From positions 62,001 to 126,000 of the forward strand of contig RHPI01001259.1 of assembly GCA_009103225.1 (NCBI GenBank): DNA of 64,000 bases. Direction: 5' to 3'. Numbering within the stretch: position 1 is the first letter of the stretch; the number at the start of each line of letters is the position of its first letter. Shown here one piece after another: positions 41,001-53,884 of this stretch. The notes under the pieces are model-generated. The model was not told where the DNA came from. It ran no database searches and worked only from the letters and a program-made list of their open reading frames with translations. The position numbers were made by a program, and so were the translations under genes. This stretch comes from Chlorokybus atmophyticus. Taxonomy: Eukaryota > Plantae > Mesostigma and Chlorokybus algae.

Positions 41001-44000
41001 CACAGAACTCTTCGCGCCGTACAACACCGTGCCAGGCGGGTACTTTCCGCTTATAGTTGTCGCGGGCCCAACATACGCTTACACGTCTGAAGCGACGGGT
41101 GCCGGCTTGATCGGTACAGATGCGGGTGAACCCACACTTATTACAGTGAGAGCGAGAGACAAGTTCCTCAACAACAAGCTTGTTGGCGGGGACGCGTTTG
41201 TGGCAACGTTTGTTGGACCCGTTGGCGTGTATGTTGTGTCGAGTGAAGACAACGGGGACGGGTCTTATGCGATAGTGTACACGCTACCCGTGACGGGGTT
41301 GTACAACTTGTCGATAACGGATGGAGTGGGTGTTAATGTGGCCAACAGTCCCTTCGCACAGAGCGTGAGAGTGTCTCCCGCGGGGATATCACTCAATAGT
41401 ACGCTTGTTGTTGTGTCGAGCGCGCCCGTGACTGCGGGACAGAGCGTCACGTTGGGTGTGAACCTGGTGGACACGTTCGGCAACCCTGTCGAGGATGGAG
41501 ATAAAGTGAACTTTGGTGTTGTTGTGTCGGCAAGCGCCAACAGGCGTGTGACCCCACGCCAAGTGTTGGCTTCGGGCTCTTCTTTGCTCCAGCAACAGAC
41601 TTTTTCCAACAACAACGCGAGTAGTAACGGCGCACTCCCAACATATGTTGGGTACAACCTCACGTACGTCGCGAGTTGGGGTGTCGTTCACGCCGTCAGC
41701 ATGACTTATCACGGGCGACACATTGCTGGGAGTCCCATGATGTTGTCCGTGACGGCGGGTCCAACAAGTGCCAACAAGACCTACGCGACGGGTCTCGGCG
41801 TAACCCGCGGGATTGTCAATACGTTGGGTTCGTTGCGCATACGTGCTGTGGACGCGTACGGCAACGCGCGTCCCAACGGCGGGGACACATTTGTTGTTAC
41901 ACTTCTACAACCTGATGGGAAGGACCTACGCGCGGACGTGTATGATCTTGGCAATGGCGTGTACGTGGCCAACTACACGTACACGCAGCGGGGAAACCAC
42001 ACGATACTCATCAACCTCATGCTGCCCGTGCTCACGCCAGCGGGGTTTTACATCAAGCAAGCGTATGCTATAGCGGGAAGCCCGTACCGCGCCAACGTGA
42101 TACGTGTACTCGACAACAACATGACACCCACTGCCAACTACACATACGCGTACGGGGATGGCCTCAACTATGCCATCGCGGGGGTGAGAACAACATTCTT
42201 CGTGCAAAGTGTGGCTCAATCCGTCACAGCTGAGGTCCTCAACAACAACGGGGTGCTCGACACAACAATTATGAACAACGTATCTTTGACTATCGGCGGC
42301 TTCTCCACTCACTTCTCCGCATCGATCCGCCTCAACAACAACAACAACATCATGTTGGACGCAAATGTGTCGGACAACAAAGACGGCTCCTACTCTATCT
42401 CCTACCAAACCAACATGAGTGGTTGGTACGGTGTTGTTGTGTTGTACGAAGGTGTTGCTATGAAAGGGAGTCCTTTCTCCCTCTTTGTTTTCGCGGCCGA
42501 CACATCCATCGACACGTCCACATTGACCCACATGTCCAATGCTATGGCGGGCGTGACCCAACATGTTGGCGTGAAGTCCAAAGACGCGTACGGCAACGCC
42601 CAATCGGGATCGAAAAGTGTACCCGCAAAGACATTCCAACTTGTGGATGATAGTTGGGAGGCATATGTGACATATGTGCAAGGCACTGTGCTGAGCAAAC
42701 AGGCGCAAAAGGACCTGAGTGGGTCTGTTGTGATGACCAACGCACAGGACGGGACCTTTACGTTGGGTTTCTTACCCACGGTGACCGGGTTGTACAGCGT
42801 GTCGGTTACGTTGGCGCGAACACCCGCGGCAACATACACAACCAATGTCGTGGCAGCCAACATAGCTGCTCAATACACTATACTGTTGGGTGAGAACGAT
42901 GCGAGTATGGAAGACGCGTTTCACGCCGCACGCGCGTTGCAAGTGTTTGCATTGGTTGTGGCCGCATACGATGCGTATGGCAATAAGATTAATGTTGGGG
43001 GTGAGGGTGGCCGCGTGTACGTGCAGTACCAGAGCGCAGACGTGCCGGACGTGATGTATACCAACATTACCGACACCAACAACGGCAACTACAGCGCCTC
43101 ATTCACGGTGGAGAGCACCGGCGTGTACACGCTGAGCGCGTACGTCAACAACGTCCTCGTGACCAATGGCAACCCGCTGGCAACTTACACGGCGAGAGGT
43201 GCCATCGCAACCGTGGCAACGGATCCCAACATGTGCAAGATTGTTGGGTCTTCTGCCACGTCTGGCGTGGCGGGAACACCCGCCACGTTCCACATACAGG
43301 CCAGAGACTCGGTGGACCGCATCAACGCGGGTGGCGGGGACGTGTACAAAGTGGTGATATCCCCACAACAACCCACCAACGAGTATGGCATTGTGCTAAA
43401 GACATACGAGTACATTGCGCTGGACGTGGCTCAAGGCAACACGACGCAAGGCTTGTATCGAGTCGACTACACTATAGCCGACTTCGGCTCCTACACCGTG
43501 AGCGTGTATCTCCACACGTCCACATACATATTGTTGTCCGCAACCCCACTTGACCTTCTTGTTGGTAAGGCTGCTGCACCCGCCTCGTGCATCGCCCTCA
43601 CGCCTCCTTGCACCAACGAGGCCATCTTCACCGACAGTGCCGTCGGCATCACCCTCACCTTCAACACTCCCACCGACCGCGCGGGTTTCAACGGCGTGGA
43701 GTCTTGCGCCAACCTGTTCGACGCCGCGTCGATGTTGTTCTTGGGGAAGGGGCCGCTGTGTAGTTGGGTCACGGATACCGTCGTGCAGGTGGCGGTCGGG
43801 TACGGGGCAACGATACAAGAGTTGTGGCAACTTGTGTTCTTGCCAGATGCGATATTGACAAAGCAAAGGAATTCGGGGTACCTGGCGGGGTCGGTCAGCG
43901 TGGAGAGGCCAGTCAATCCGCCACACCCTACTGCAGTTGTGCAGGTGAGAGGTGGTTGATGTCTGCCTTTGGTTTTATGACAACTACTCTTCCTGCGAAC

Positions 44001-47000
44001 AGATAGCTTATTTCCTACATGCGCGCATACTCATACTCATACGCATGCACGTGCACACACACACACACACATGCGCACACACAGGCAGGTGTGCGCGCTC
44101 GCACGCACATACACATGCAGGCATCTGCATGTGAGCGTTCGTGGGACGGACATAACCACACGCCCGCACGCATGTTATGCAGGCACATGCACACGTACAA
44201 GCGCTCACTTGCGCGCACACGCATGCACACACCCATCCACCCACCCAAACACATTCCAGGCCCCCACTACTCTCGGTTCCTGCGACGACTTCACGTTGGA
44301 CGCCTCCGGCTCCTACGGCACCGCGGGTCGCGCTTTGTCCTACGCTTACGGCGTTCGTCCCAACGTCCCCAACGAGCCCGCCATCTCCCGCTTCTTATCC
44401 GACACGCCCACATCCTCCTCCTCCGTCACATTACCCTCACAACTCCTCGCCGTCGACACAACATACACCTTCATGTTGTCCGTGCAGAACTTCCTCGGGG
44501 AAAGTGGGTTGGTGTATCACAGCGTGGTGAGGAGGGATTACCCGCTACCTAATGTGATCATCGAGGGACCCGCCGTACAACGTGTGTATAGGAGTCAAGA
44601 CGTGCGTGTTTATGCGACTGTGGCTCTATCGGCGTGTTTTGACTCGGCTCCAGATATGTTGTTTGTGTGGACTTTGGCTTCGGGGTCGCCTTTCTTCGAG
44701 TTGGACGAGCAGACGAGTAAGACACGCACACTCTTCATCCCCGCCAACACGTTGTCGGCCGGGTTGACCTATGGACTGACCATCCATGGTGAAGTTGTGT
44801 CGGACCCGACGCGCCTATACAACGAGGCTACTGCGTTGGTGGTTGTGCTCGTGTCGCCGATAGTTGTCAACGTGCAGGCCGCGATGGTTGTGTCGGCGGG
44901 TGATGTGGTCATGTTGGATGCATCTACATCAAACGATCCCGATGACCAAAACCCAACGTATCCCGTCCCGCCTTTCGGCCCGTTCTTCTTCAAGTGGGCG
45001 TGTGTGCGTGCCAACGATAGTGGCCCGTGCTTCGTGGACACGTTGGGGTTGTTGTATCCAGACCCGTTGGAGAATGTACTCACGTTGGCACCCGGCACGT
45101 TGCCAGCCGGGTCGGATTATTTGTTTACTATCACAGCGAGTAAAGAGCCACTCTATGACGGGAATGGCCCCATACCTGGACGCACGCAAAATGTCGTGAA
45201 GAGGATCACGTGAGTGCGTGTATGTGCGCGCGCGCGTGCGTGTGCATGCGTGTGCACGTGTATGCATGTGTGTGTGTGTACGTGTGTGTGTGCTTGTGTC
45301 GCATACCAACATGTTGTTATTATTGTGATGTGTGCAGTGTGTTGGGACCCGAGCAGCTTCAGTCCAACCGGAGGCGGCGGCTGCTGCAGGCGACATCCAA
45401 TGTGGTTCCCGTCGTGTGGATCGACCCCGTTGCACCAATCGTCAACGCTAACGATCGCCTCGCAATACGGGTGAGCGTGTGTTTGTAATTGAGGCAGAGG
45501 CAGATAGGGTGTGTGACTATCGGTTGCATGTACACAAGCACACCTGCACACACTCGCAAGCACCCATATTACAGATGATATTACTGATGGCCTGACTCAC
45601 TAACTTGTGCAAAAGGGTGGCATCATGAACGATACCGTCTACGGCGCGAGGACAACCTACTACTGGGAGGTTGTATCTGGCCGTCTCGACCTCGACTCCT
45701 ACCCTTTCAAGGTTGCCACTCTCCGCAACAACTCCCACTTAGTCATCCTTCCCGGCGCGCTTTCAGCAGGACAGACCTACTTGCTGCGTCTGAACGCGAC
45801 GAATGAAGACTCGGGACTCACGGGGTATAACGAAGTGGGGTTCGTGGCCAATGGGGCACCCACGTCGGGAGTGTGCGCGGCCACGCCGCTTGTGGGGTTT
45901 GCGAGTCAGACGACGTTCACGCTAGCGTGCTCGGTAGGACTCTGCTCCCCTGCTTGCGTGCATGTGTGTACGTGTGCGCGCGTTCGCTCATGTGCACGTG
46001 CACGTGTTGTTGTACGTGTGCATCCCTGTATGTGTGTGCACATGTGTGCGTGCATGTGTGCCTGGTCATGTGCGCATGCTCGTGCGTGTGCATGTGCGTG
46101 TGTTGTCAGGTGATGATAGCGATTTGTGTGTTTCAGGCTTGGGAGGACGACGACAACCAGGCCGTTCAGTACGAGTGGCGCTACACCGACCCCACCTACA
46201 ACTGGGAGATCCCTCTCGTCCCCCGCTCCAAGACCAACCAAGCATCCGTCAAGCTCCCTCCCGTCACCGTGAGCAACAACTCCTACACACTCACCCTCGT
46301 CGCTTACATCGTAGATAGATTCGACGCCAAGTCACGAGTAGAACTCAACGTGACAGCATACATGCCAACACTGTCGAGCAACAACAACAACAACGACACA
46401 GACACATTCAGCGTCACAGACTATGTGGAGAACCTCCTCACATCCAATGACTCCCTCCCTTACGCCCTCGGCACAGGCAACATCATCCAGATAGTCAACA
46501 TAGCCAAGTCCTCTTCACGTCTCCACAACTTGGCTGCTTCACAACGTGCTTCACGCCCCCAACGTGTTGCTCCCGCGGGTGCGCCTCTCACTCCTCAAGA
46601 AGAAGCGCAGGCGAGACAGGATGAAGAGGACGTGGCGAATGCGTGTCGGCACGCGGGAGTGATGTTGGGAGCCTTGCAGAGGGTGATTGATAGCTTGAGA
46701 ATGAGTGGCGTGGAGATGAGTCTGGTGGGGGATGCGTATAGAGAAGCGGCGGCGATGGGGGAGTGCTACTCGGTGAATGATACGGACAACACGCAGAGAG
46801 CGGTGAGTGTAGATAGTGTGCGCGTGGGTGTTGTTCACGCACACGCACGCGTATGCACTGATGCTGGACATGAGTGGGCACTTGTGGACTTGAGCAAGTC
46901 ACGAGTGTGCTCCAACTTCAGTGTGCGCGTGCATGTGCGCGTGCGCATGTGTGCATGCGTGCGTGTGCGTGTGCGCCTGGGGCACGCCCGCATGTGTGTA

Positions 47001-47381
47001 TGCATACAACACTCATTATTGTCCCCATGCAGGCCGCTGCCGTCAGCCAGCTTGCTTTGAATGCCGCTAGCATGGGTTCCCCCGAGCCCCTGGCCTCCCA
47101 ATCCCTCCTCGACGCCGCCTCCTCCCTCTCCACCTCCTCCTCCTCCTCCTCCTCCTCCTCCTCCAACTCCAACTCCACTTCCCACACCGTTCAGACCATC
47201 GTCCAGAACTTAGCATTAGCGGGGACGAAGATGTCCGTGCCGGGAGAGACGCCCTTCAGCGTGGCGAGCAAAGGACTGCAGTTGTCGGCGAAAGTGGTGG
47301 TGGGGGACCCCGCGGGAGAAGTGGTGTTGCCATCTGTGCCGGGTTCGGGCCAGGACTCGGCACCAACCGTGCAGGTGAGAG

Positions 47382-47419
<38 letters not shown>

Positions 47420-50400
47420 GCTGTGGTGGTGGTAGTGACATGGTTGTTGGTTGGCTTGGTTGAAGCGATGTGTTCTGTTTCAGGTTCCGGCTGGTACTGT
47501 GCCGTCCAACGGATCGGAGATGCAGGTGAGAGATGCATGCTTCTGTCGTGGTGTTGGGAGTGTCTTTGCGTGGAAGGAGCGTGTGTTGTGCTAGCGTGAA
47601 TGTTGATGTGGTGGTGTTGGTGCAGGTTATTGCTGCGGTTAGTAATAGCAACCCGTACGCGGGCAGCAACGACTCCACGCCCATCACGGGTGGCGTGCTC
47701 ACCTTCAACATGCGCGCCAAAGGTACACTTGGGGAGCATGTGCACCCTCAACCACATGCATACCATACGATATACGCTTCAACTCATGTTCACCCACACA
47801 CACGCAGGCGCTGACACCAACCTCGAGGTATCCAACCTCACCACCCCAATTCAAATCCGCATCCCCGTTAGCGTTGGCGGCACGTCTTGTCGCTCCACCC
47901 GCGGAGGTTGTCGTTACTGGGATGAGAATGTTGGCTCCTGGTCCACATCCGGTCTGCGCGAGTTGTATCGCACCAAGGACTACGTGATATGTGAGACGGT
48001 CCACCTCACGTCGTTCGGCGTGTCGGCCGATGACTTGGTCCCGCAGTTCAACGTGATTAACCCGATTGGACAAGCGGACCTGTTCACGCAGATTAGTCTG
48101 AGTAATAGCCTGGCGTTCTTTGTATTAGGGGGGATTTATGCCACGTTTGCCGTGGCAAATTGGTTGGGGTATAGGAAGGATAGGAGAGATAGACTAAGAG
48201 CACGCCTTGAGGATAAACTCGGGACACTTGACTACAGATTGAAACAGGAGGACGACAAGAAGGTGAGTGTGTTTGTGCGTGTGTGCGCGTGTGTGTATGT
48301 GTGCGTGTGCACGCGCGCACACGCACACACACGCGCGCTTGTGTATCTGTGTGCGTGCGTGTGTGCTCGACACAGCTTTCAACCTGTTATCCCTTTTTGT
48401 TTATGTGTAGGTTCAGGACAACAACACCATCACTAAGGAGGGTCTTGCGAAGCCCGCCAAGGCCGTCAACGGTGTTGACATGAAGAAGGGTGACGACCCT
48501 CCCTCCACCCTCGCGGGTAAGATCGGTCTCGCCCTCATGTCCGAGCACGCCGTCGGTACAATCATGAGCGTGAAGCCGACCGACAAGTACACGCGTCCCC
48601 AGCGTCTGATGGTGTTGATGTGTCTCGTGTTGGGACACATCGCCACCACGGCGGTGTTCTTCGGCATCAACCCGAGCAACATCGCGGCCAAAGTGATAGT
48701 GGGCATCGCCGCCGCGATGCTCATGCTACCGAGCAAAGTGGTACTGCAGTTCGTGTTCCAAAAGTCAACGTATGTGGCCCCACCTATGAAGACCAAAGCA
48801 CGAACCAACATACGACGATCGCACCGACACCGACACGACAACAACGTGTCCAACATGTCCATGACCAGCATGTCCAACACGAACGGGCACAACAATGGAG
48901 AGGAAGTTGAACAAAATGGCCACAAGAAGCAATGGCCTGTTCTTCATTCCATTGCCGACGTTGCCGACCATTTGTTACACAACAACAACAGCAAGCCGGC
49001 GACGCCGATGTTGGGTGATGCGGGTGATGGCGTGGGGTCGGGTGATGTGGCTGAGAATGGTGTGATGGATGTAAAGTTGAGCTTCAATGAAGAAGGCGTG
49101 CCGCTACCACCGACGGCACCGACATTGCTGAGACCGCAGAGAGCGTCGAGGTTCTCGCGAATGAGCACCATCGCCACAGGCCCGCAAGCAGGTAAGTGCA
49201 CACTGGAACACGTCTACACTCTCACACTCACACTCACACTCACACTCACACTCACACTCACACTCATGCACGCGCACGCGCACGTGTGCACACACGTGCA
49301 CATACACGCAGACACTCTCATGCACAGGTACATGCACGTGCACATGCACGTGCACGTGCACACGTGCGCACATACGCATGCGTGTCACTCAAGCGTGGTT
49401 GTCCACACGTGACCTTGTGCGTATACATGGGCATGTGCGCACGTGCGTGTGTTCACGCACGCACGCACGCACGCGTTGATATGTATACATAACACAATGA
49501 TACTTGTGTCACTAGCTGGCCTCGTCCCCCCTCCCCTGCCTCCCAAACCCCCGACCCCTCCCGCTCCTTCCTCCGGCGGCGTCCCACCGCGCATCCGTCC
49601 CCGCCGACGCGTCAGCAACAAGGTCACCGTCATCGCCGCCGCGCCTGTGCTCGACGTCCTGGGCGCGCCCAAAGACATCCTACCGCCATTCGCTGCTGCG
49701 GCGGGGGGAGGCGGTGCGACGGCACTGTTCCCGGTGCCACCACCGCCACCACCGGAGGTGTGTGCGTGTGACTGTGTGTGTCCGTGCGCGTGCATGCATG
49801 AGAGCGTACGTGCGTGCGTCTCTGTCTGCGCGCGCGTGGCATCGTGCTCACACTGGATGTGTGCGCGTGCGTCCTTGCATCTGCAAGCCACACAGCTCCA
49901 TTTATGTAGAGCCCCCCCTGTTACCCAACATCATCAACGCTGCAACAACCGTCGTGTGCAGGGTGCTCCCACTCGCCCTCGCCGCTTGCGTCCCGCCCCT
50001 CCCGCCCAAGCCTCCAGCCGTTTGCTCTCCATGGTGCAGTCGGCGCAGCAGGCGTTCGGTCTTGCGTTACCAACATTGACACCGTTTGCGCCGCTCCCGC
50101 CACCTCCCGCGGACGCGCCGCCACCAGCGAGACCAGCCATGAGTAAAGCGAGGAGAGCCATGCTGATGGCGTCGAGGAGTAACTCGGTGAGTGCGCTTGG
50201 TATGCGCACGTGAGTGTGCATGGGTGCTTGCACATTGATGTCTGTGTGTGCATGTTGTCACGGGCATGCGTGTGCGTGTGCACACCATACAGATACACGC
50301 ACTTGTGCGCACATGCACTTGTACGCACGTGTTTGTACAGTTGCACTTGCACAACGTGTGCAACCATCCAACTGACGATAGTTCTCACCACATGTGCAGC

Positions 50401-51623
50401 GTATAGCACCGGACCCGTTCCTCACTACAGCGTGGGCCAACGTGTCCCCTTCATCCAACAAGTTGGCCACACAACCACCTCCTCCCCCACCCCCTCCCCC
50501 ACCTAGCAACGGCATCATGCGTCCACGCCGTAGACGACCGGAAAGCCTACAACCCAGCACGCAAACAAGCACAACATCCACCCCGCGCGCACACACGCCC
50601 ACAAGTGAATCAGGAGGTAGCGAGTACGCCGTTGCTTTCGCGCAGGCCGCAGCGAGGCTTCGTCGTCCAACAACAAAGCGTGGTAGCGCAGCCACATTGT
50701 TCGCACGCCAACAGAACATCACCAACATGGTGATGCGCGAGCACGGGTTGAGCGAGTCCACACTCCCTTCGCGCTCCGGCACCCCATCCAACATGTTGTT
50801 CGATAGGAGTGAGACGCCACTCTACATACCCTCGGCGATAGAGAACGTTGTGCGTCGGATACAACGTGTGTGGAGAAGACACCTACTCGTGCGTGCACGC
50901 CACCAACGCAAATCTGCCACGCGGATACAAGCAGCCGTGCGTGGGTTTCTTGCACGCAAACACGTGAAAGAGGAGAGAGAGGCTCTCGCTAAAGGAAGAC
51001 CCGTGTTGGGTTTGTGGTGGATGTCCGCACACGAACACCGCAGTGAGGTGAAGAGTGCGGGAAGTTCCAACAACAACTCACGTGCGCCCACCCCGGCACA
51101 ACATTACCTCGACGCCCTCGCTGCTAAGGAAGAAGTGCTCTCACGTTGGGCGCAGAGGGCAAAGGCTGCTGCCTCACAGACACACGAAGCACACATCCAC
51201 GCAGCTGAGACAGCAAACGAACCCTTTGCCGAGCGTAAGAGGGCGGGAGGAGCAGGTGGATGTGTGCGTGCAACACGACAACAACAACAGCGTGACAACG
51301 CTAAGAGACGACGCAAGCGCCAGGGCCTCCCACGTTGGTTCGTGTACTTCGCGTACGCGGGTGCGTTGGGTTTCTGCGCACTATGCTCCTACTTCATCAT
51401 GTTGTACGGGCTCGTGTTCGAGCCCAGCGTGGCACGCGCGTGGCTGCTATCGGCACTTCTATCACTTGTGTTGGAAATGTTTCTACAAGACCCGGCGAAG
51501 ATAGCCGCACTCGCGCTACTGAAAGACCACTTCAAGGCGTGGTTACATGGAGTCAAAGATAGGAAGAATGCCAAGAGGAGGAATAAGTATCGCGTGCATG
51601 CCACGGGAGCACTGGCGGGATGA
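26508..51623 (+). CDS. Giant polycystin-1/REJ-like type I membrane protein: signal peptide, ~25 filamin-type Ig repeats, REJ-type region, GPS motif, 5 TM helices, Pro-rich loop with IQ motifs (dozens of exons)
   Basis: Signal peptide MSLVLGLVVVGLLLALEGAEG (ATG at 26508 or 26562). Recurring filamin signatures include (Q/T)ARD.(Y/F)GN, D..DG.Y and GSPF. The REJ-like segment runs about 43600-46500 (CDDFTLDASGSYG, VVMLDASTSNDPDD, YWEVVSG, APTSGVC). The GPS motif is at 47909-48016, TMs are at about 48108, 48600, 48690, 51330 and 51450, and the stop is at 51621-51623. Exons are joined by GT-AG introns. Confidence 0.88.
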
Positions 51624-52648
51624 GAGAGTGAGAAAGAGTGCACTTGTGTGTTTGCTGGTGTAATTAGGACCTAGAGCACAGATGCAAGGGCAGACATCTT
51701 TACTGGTTGAGAGTTTTTGTAGGCCAAAGGCAAGTTGTGCAGAGTCTCCATAGCATAGGTATTCTTTCCAGTGACTTCTGACTGCGTATGACTGGAGTAT
51801 TGAGAAATTCTTGTAGTGGCAAGTGAAATTTAATTCGAATTGGTGAGGGTACTGCAAGGCTGCAGTATATTCTTGAACGTTGTTGTTTCCCATGTCATAG
51901 TGCTTTGCTGGTAGCTGCTGATAGGGCTTAATGCCGGTAGCCCCATAGGTGACTGTAGGTACGACAACATACGTCACACATGACATGATGATGTTCACCC
52001 AACAGGCTGCAAGAAGCCGTAAAAGGGGTTGCGCATGTGCTTGGCGTACGAGTAACATGAGCACATGCGCGCCCCACACGTGCCTTGCACATGCATGACA
52101 ACCACTTCTCACGCATGCTCGCGCTCTTGTTTTCTCTAACTCCCCCTCAACAAGGAAGCAGAAACCGCGAAAAAGTCCAAGTGCCGATACCTACTTCCAA
52201 AGGTACCAACCACATAGCATCAGGGCCTCATCAAGTAGCAGATTTGTATAGCATTTGCTCACCAAGCATACACCCTAAGGCATTGCACCCATCACAAGGA
52301 AGGAATACTTGCTTTGCTTCTACCGACCTGTGCACATTTGTCAGAATGCAGAGCTTGTTCAATCAGTACGCACTTGCAAACTACTGGGACACTTGCGGTG
52401 ACAATACCAACCAATTGACATTGTCATGTTGCCTACCTAGAAATGCAAGCGAGCTAAGACAGCACCAACTATGCTAACGACATTTTCACTACGTGGCTCG
52501 CAACTAACAGATTACACCTGTCACTGCTGCTACCTACCATACAACCTCCCCGAGCGAACGCACCATAGCACTCTCAATTCTGATCAACTCAAGAAATAGG
52601 AAGGTACAATATGCTACAAACAAACGCCAATACTTTCAGTCAGTCAAC

Positions 52649-53884
52649 TCATCCCTTAACTTTGGGTTGTTGCTGCTGCCAGCGATCGGGCTGCACGAGT
52701 GCAGGTGCAGGTTCGTATGCTTGAAGTGCATCAAGTAGGTCTGCTGGGTTATCGTGTGCAACAAGTACACGTCGGTGCTGCTCCCGTATGAACCCCTCAT
52801 CGGTGGCGTGTTTGAGGAAGGCGAGGAGATGATCAAAGAAACCCGCCACGTTGAGGATGCCCAACGGCTTGGCGTGGATGCCCAGCTGAGACCACGTCAT
52901 CATCTCAACGAGCTCCTCCAACGTGCCGACACCGCCGGGGAGAGCGATGAAGGCGTCGGCGTGGTCCATCATCACGGCCTTGCGCTCGTGCATGCTCTCG
53001 GTCTGCTCGCACACGCACTCGCTCAACACAGCTCGACAAAGCGTGCACACGCATGCTTGTGCTAGGCAGCAAACATGCCTACCACGTGCACTGCACGCAC
53101 CGTATGTACATATGTGCGTGCGCGCGTGCGAGTGCGAACATGTGCGGGGGTAAGTGTGCATAAGTGAGTGGAAGCATGTGTAGATATATGTATGTGCGTG
53201 CATGTATGTGTGCGTGCCTGCGTGTAGTGCACAAGTGCGGTGGATGTGCATATGTGCGCGTGCGTATGTGTGCGCGCGGGTGCATGTATGTGTGCAATGC
53301 TAAAAAAATTTGTGCCGGTGCATATGCCTACGCGCGCCTGCATGCATACTGCCGACCAACCATGGTGCTGACTGCCCTGGACGCATGCATAATAAATCAT
53401 AAGCAGCGGTAAACGTAACGTACAACATTTCCACACCTCAATTATGGTGCCAATGCATTCTCCCGACAGCTCCACTGGCTTGAGTGCGGTGGGGATGACG
53501 CCGAGCACGCTGCCGCCCGCCTCATGCACCGCCTGAGCCAGCCCGCCCATCATCCCCACGCTGCCACCGCCGTACACAAGACCCATGCCCCTCCTCACCT
53601 GCATGCAAAACCAATCCGTTCTTTTACAGCCACCATGCCGAATAGAACCACAAGTACGAGCATGGCACTTACAGGTATACGTACGTTCACAAGTACGAGC
53701 ATGGGCACGGGCATGAGCATGAGAATGACAATGACAATGAGAGCACACCTACAACCACGAGCCCCACCAGCTCCAGGCCCAGATCCCTTGCGGCCGCCAT
53801 ATACTCGGGCCTGTCGCCGGCTCTGGCGCCGCAGTACACGCACACCTGCTTGATCTCCTTTCGGGAGCCGGACGGCGCCGCCAT
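52649..53884 (-). CDS. LOG: LONELY GUY-family cytokinin riboside 5'-monophosphate phosphoribohydrolase, 3 exons (~210 aa)
   Basis: Exons 53884-53768 (VCVYCGARAG), 53598-53437 (LVYGGGSVGMMG...VLGVIP) and 53002-52649 (SMHERKAVM...AFIALPGGVGTLEELVEMMTWSQLGIHAKPLGILNVAGFFD). The PGGxGTxE signature is intact. Confidence 0.93.

Noticed and set aside
40648-43959. 1103-aa ORF as a stand-alone gene
   Set aside because: Its start runs through a CA-rich intron and its end runs past a GT donor. It is the largest exon of the giant gene.
27353-50363. Numerous His/Thr/Cys/Val/Ala-rich ORFs on both strands
   Set aside because: They come from stop-free GT/CA intron tracts or are antisense to real exons.
51543-52112. 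189-codon antisense ORF overlapping the 3' end of the giant gene
   Set aside because: It has no recognisable motif or convincing start or splice structure, and its length is compatible with chance.
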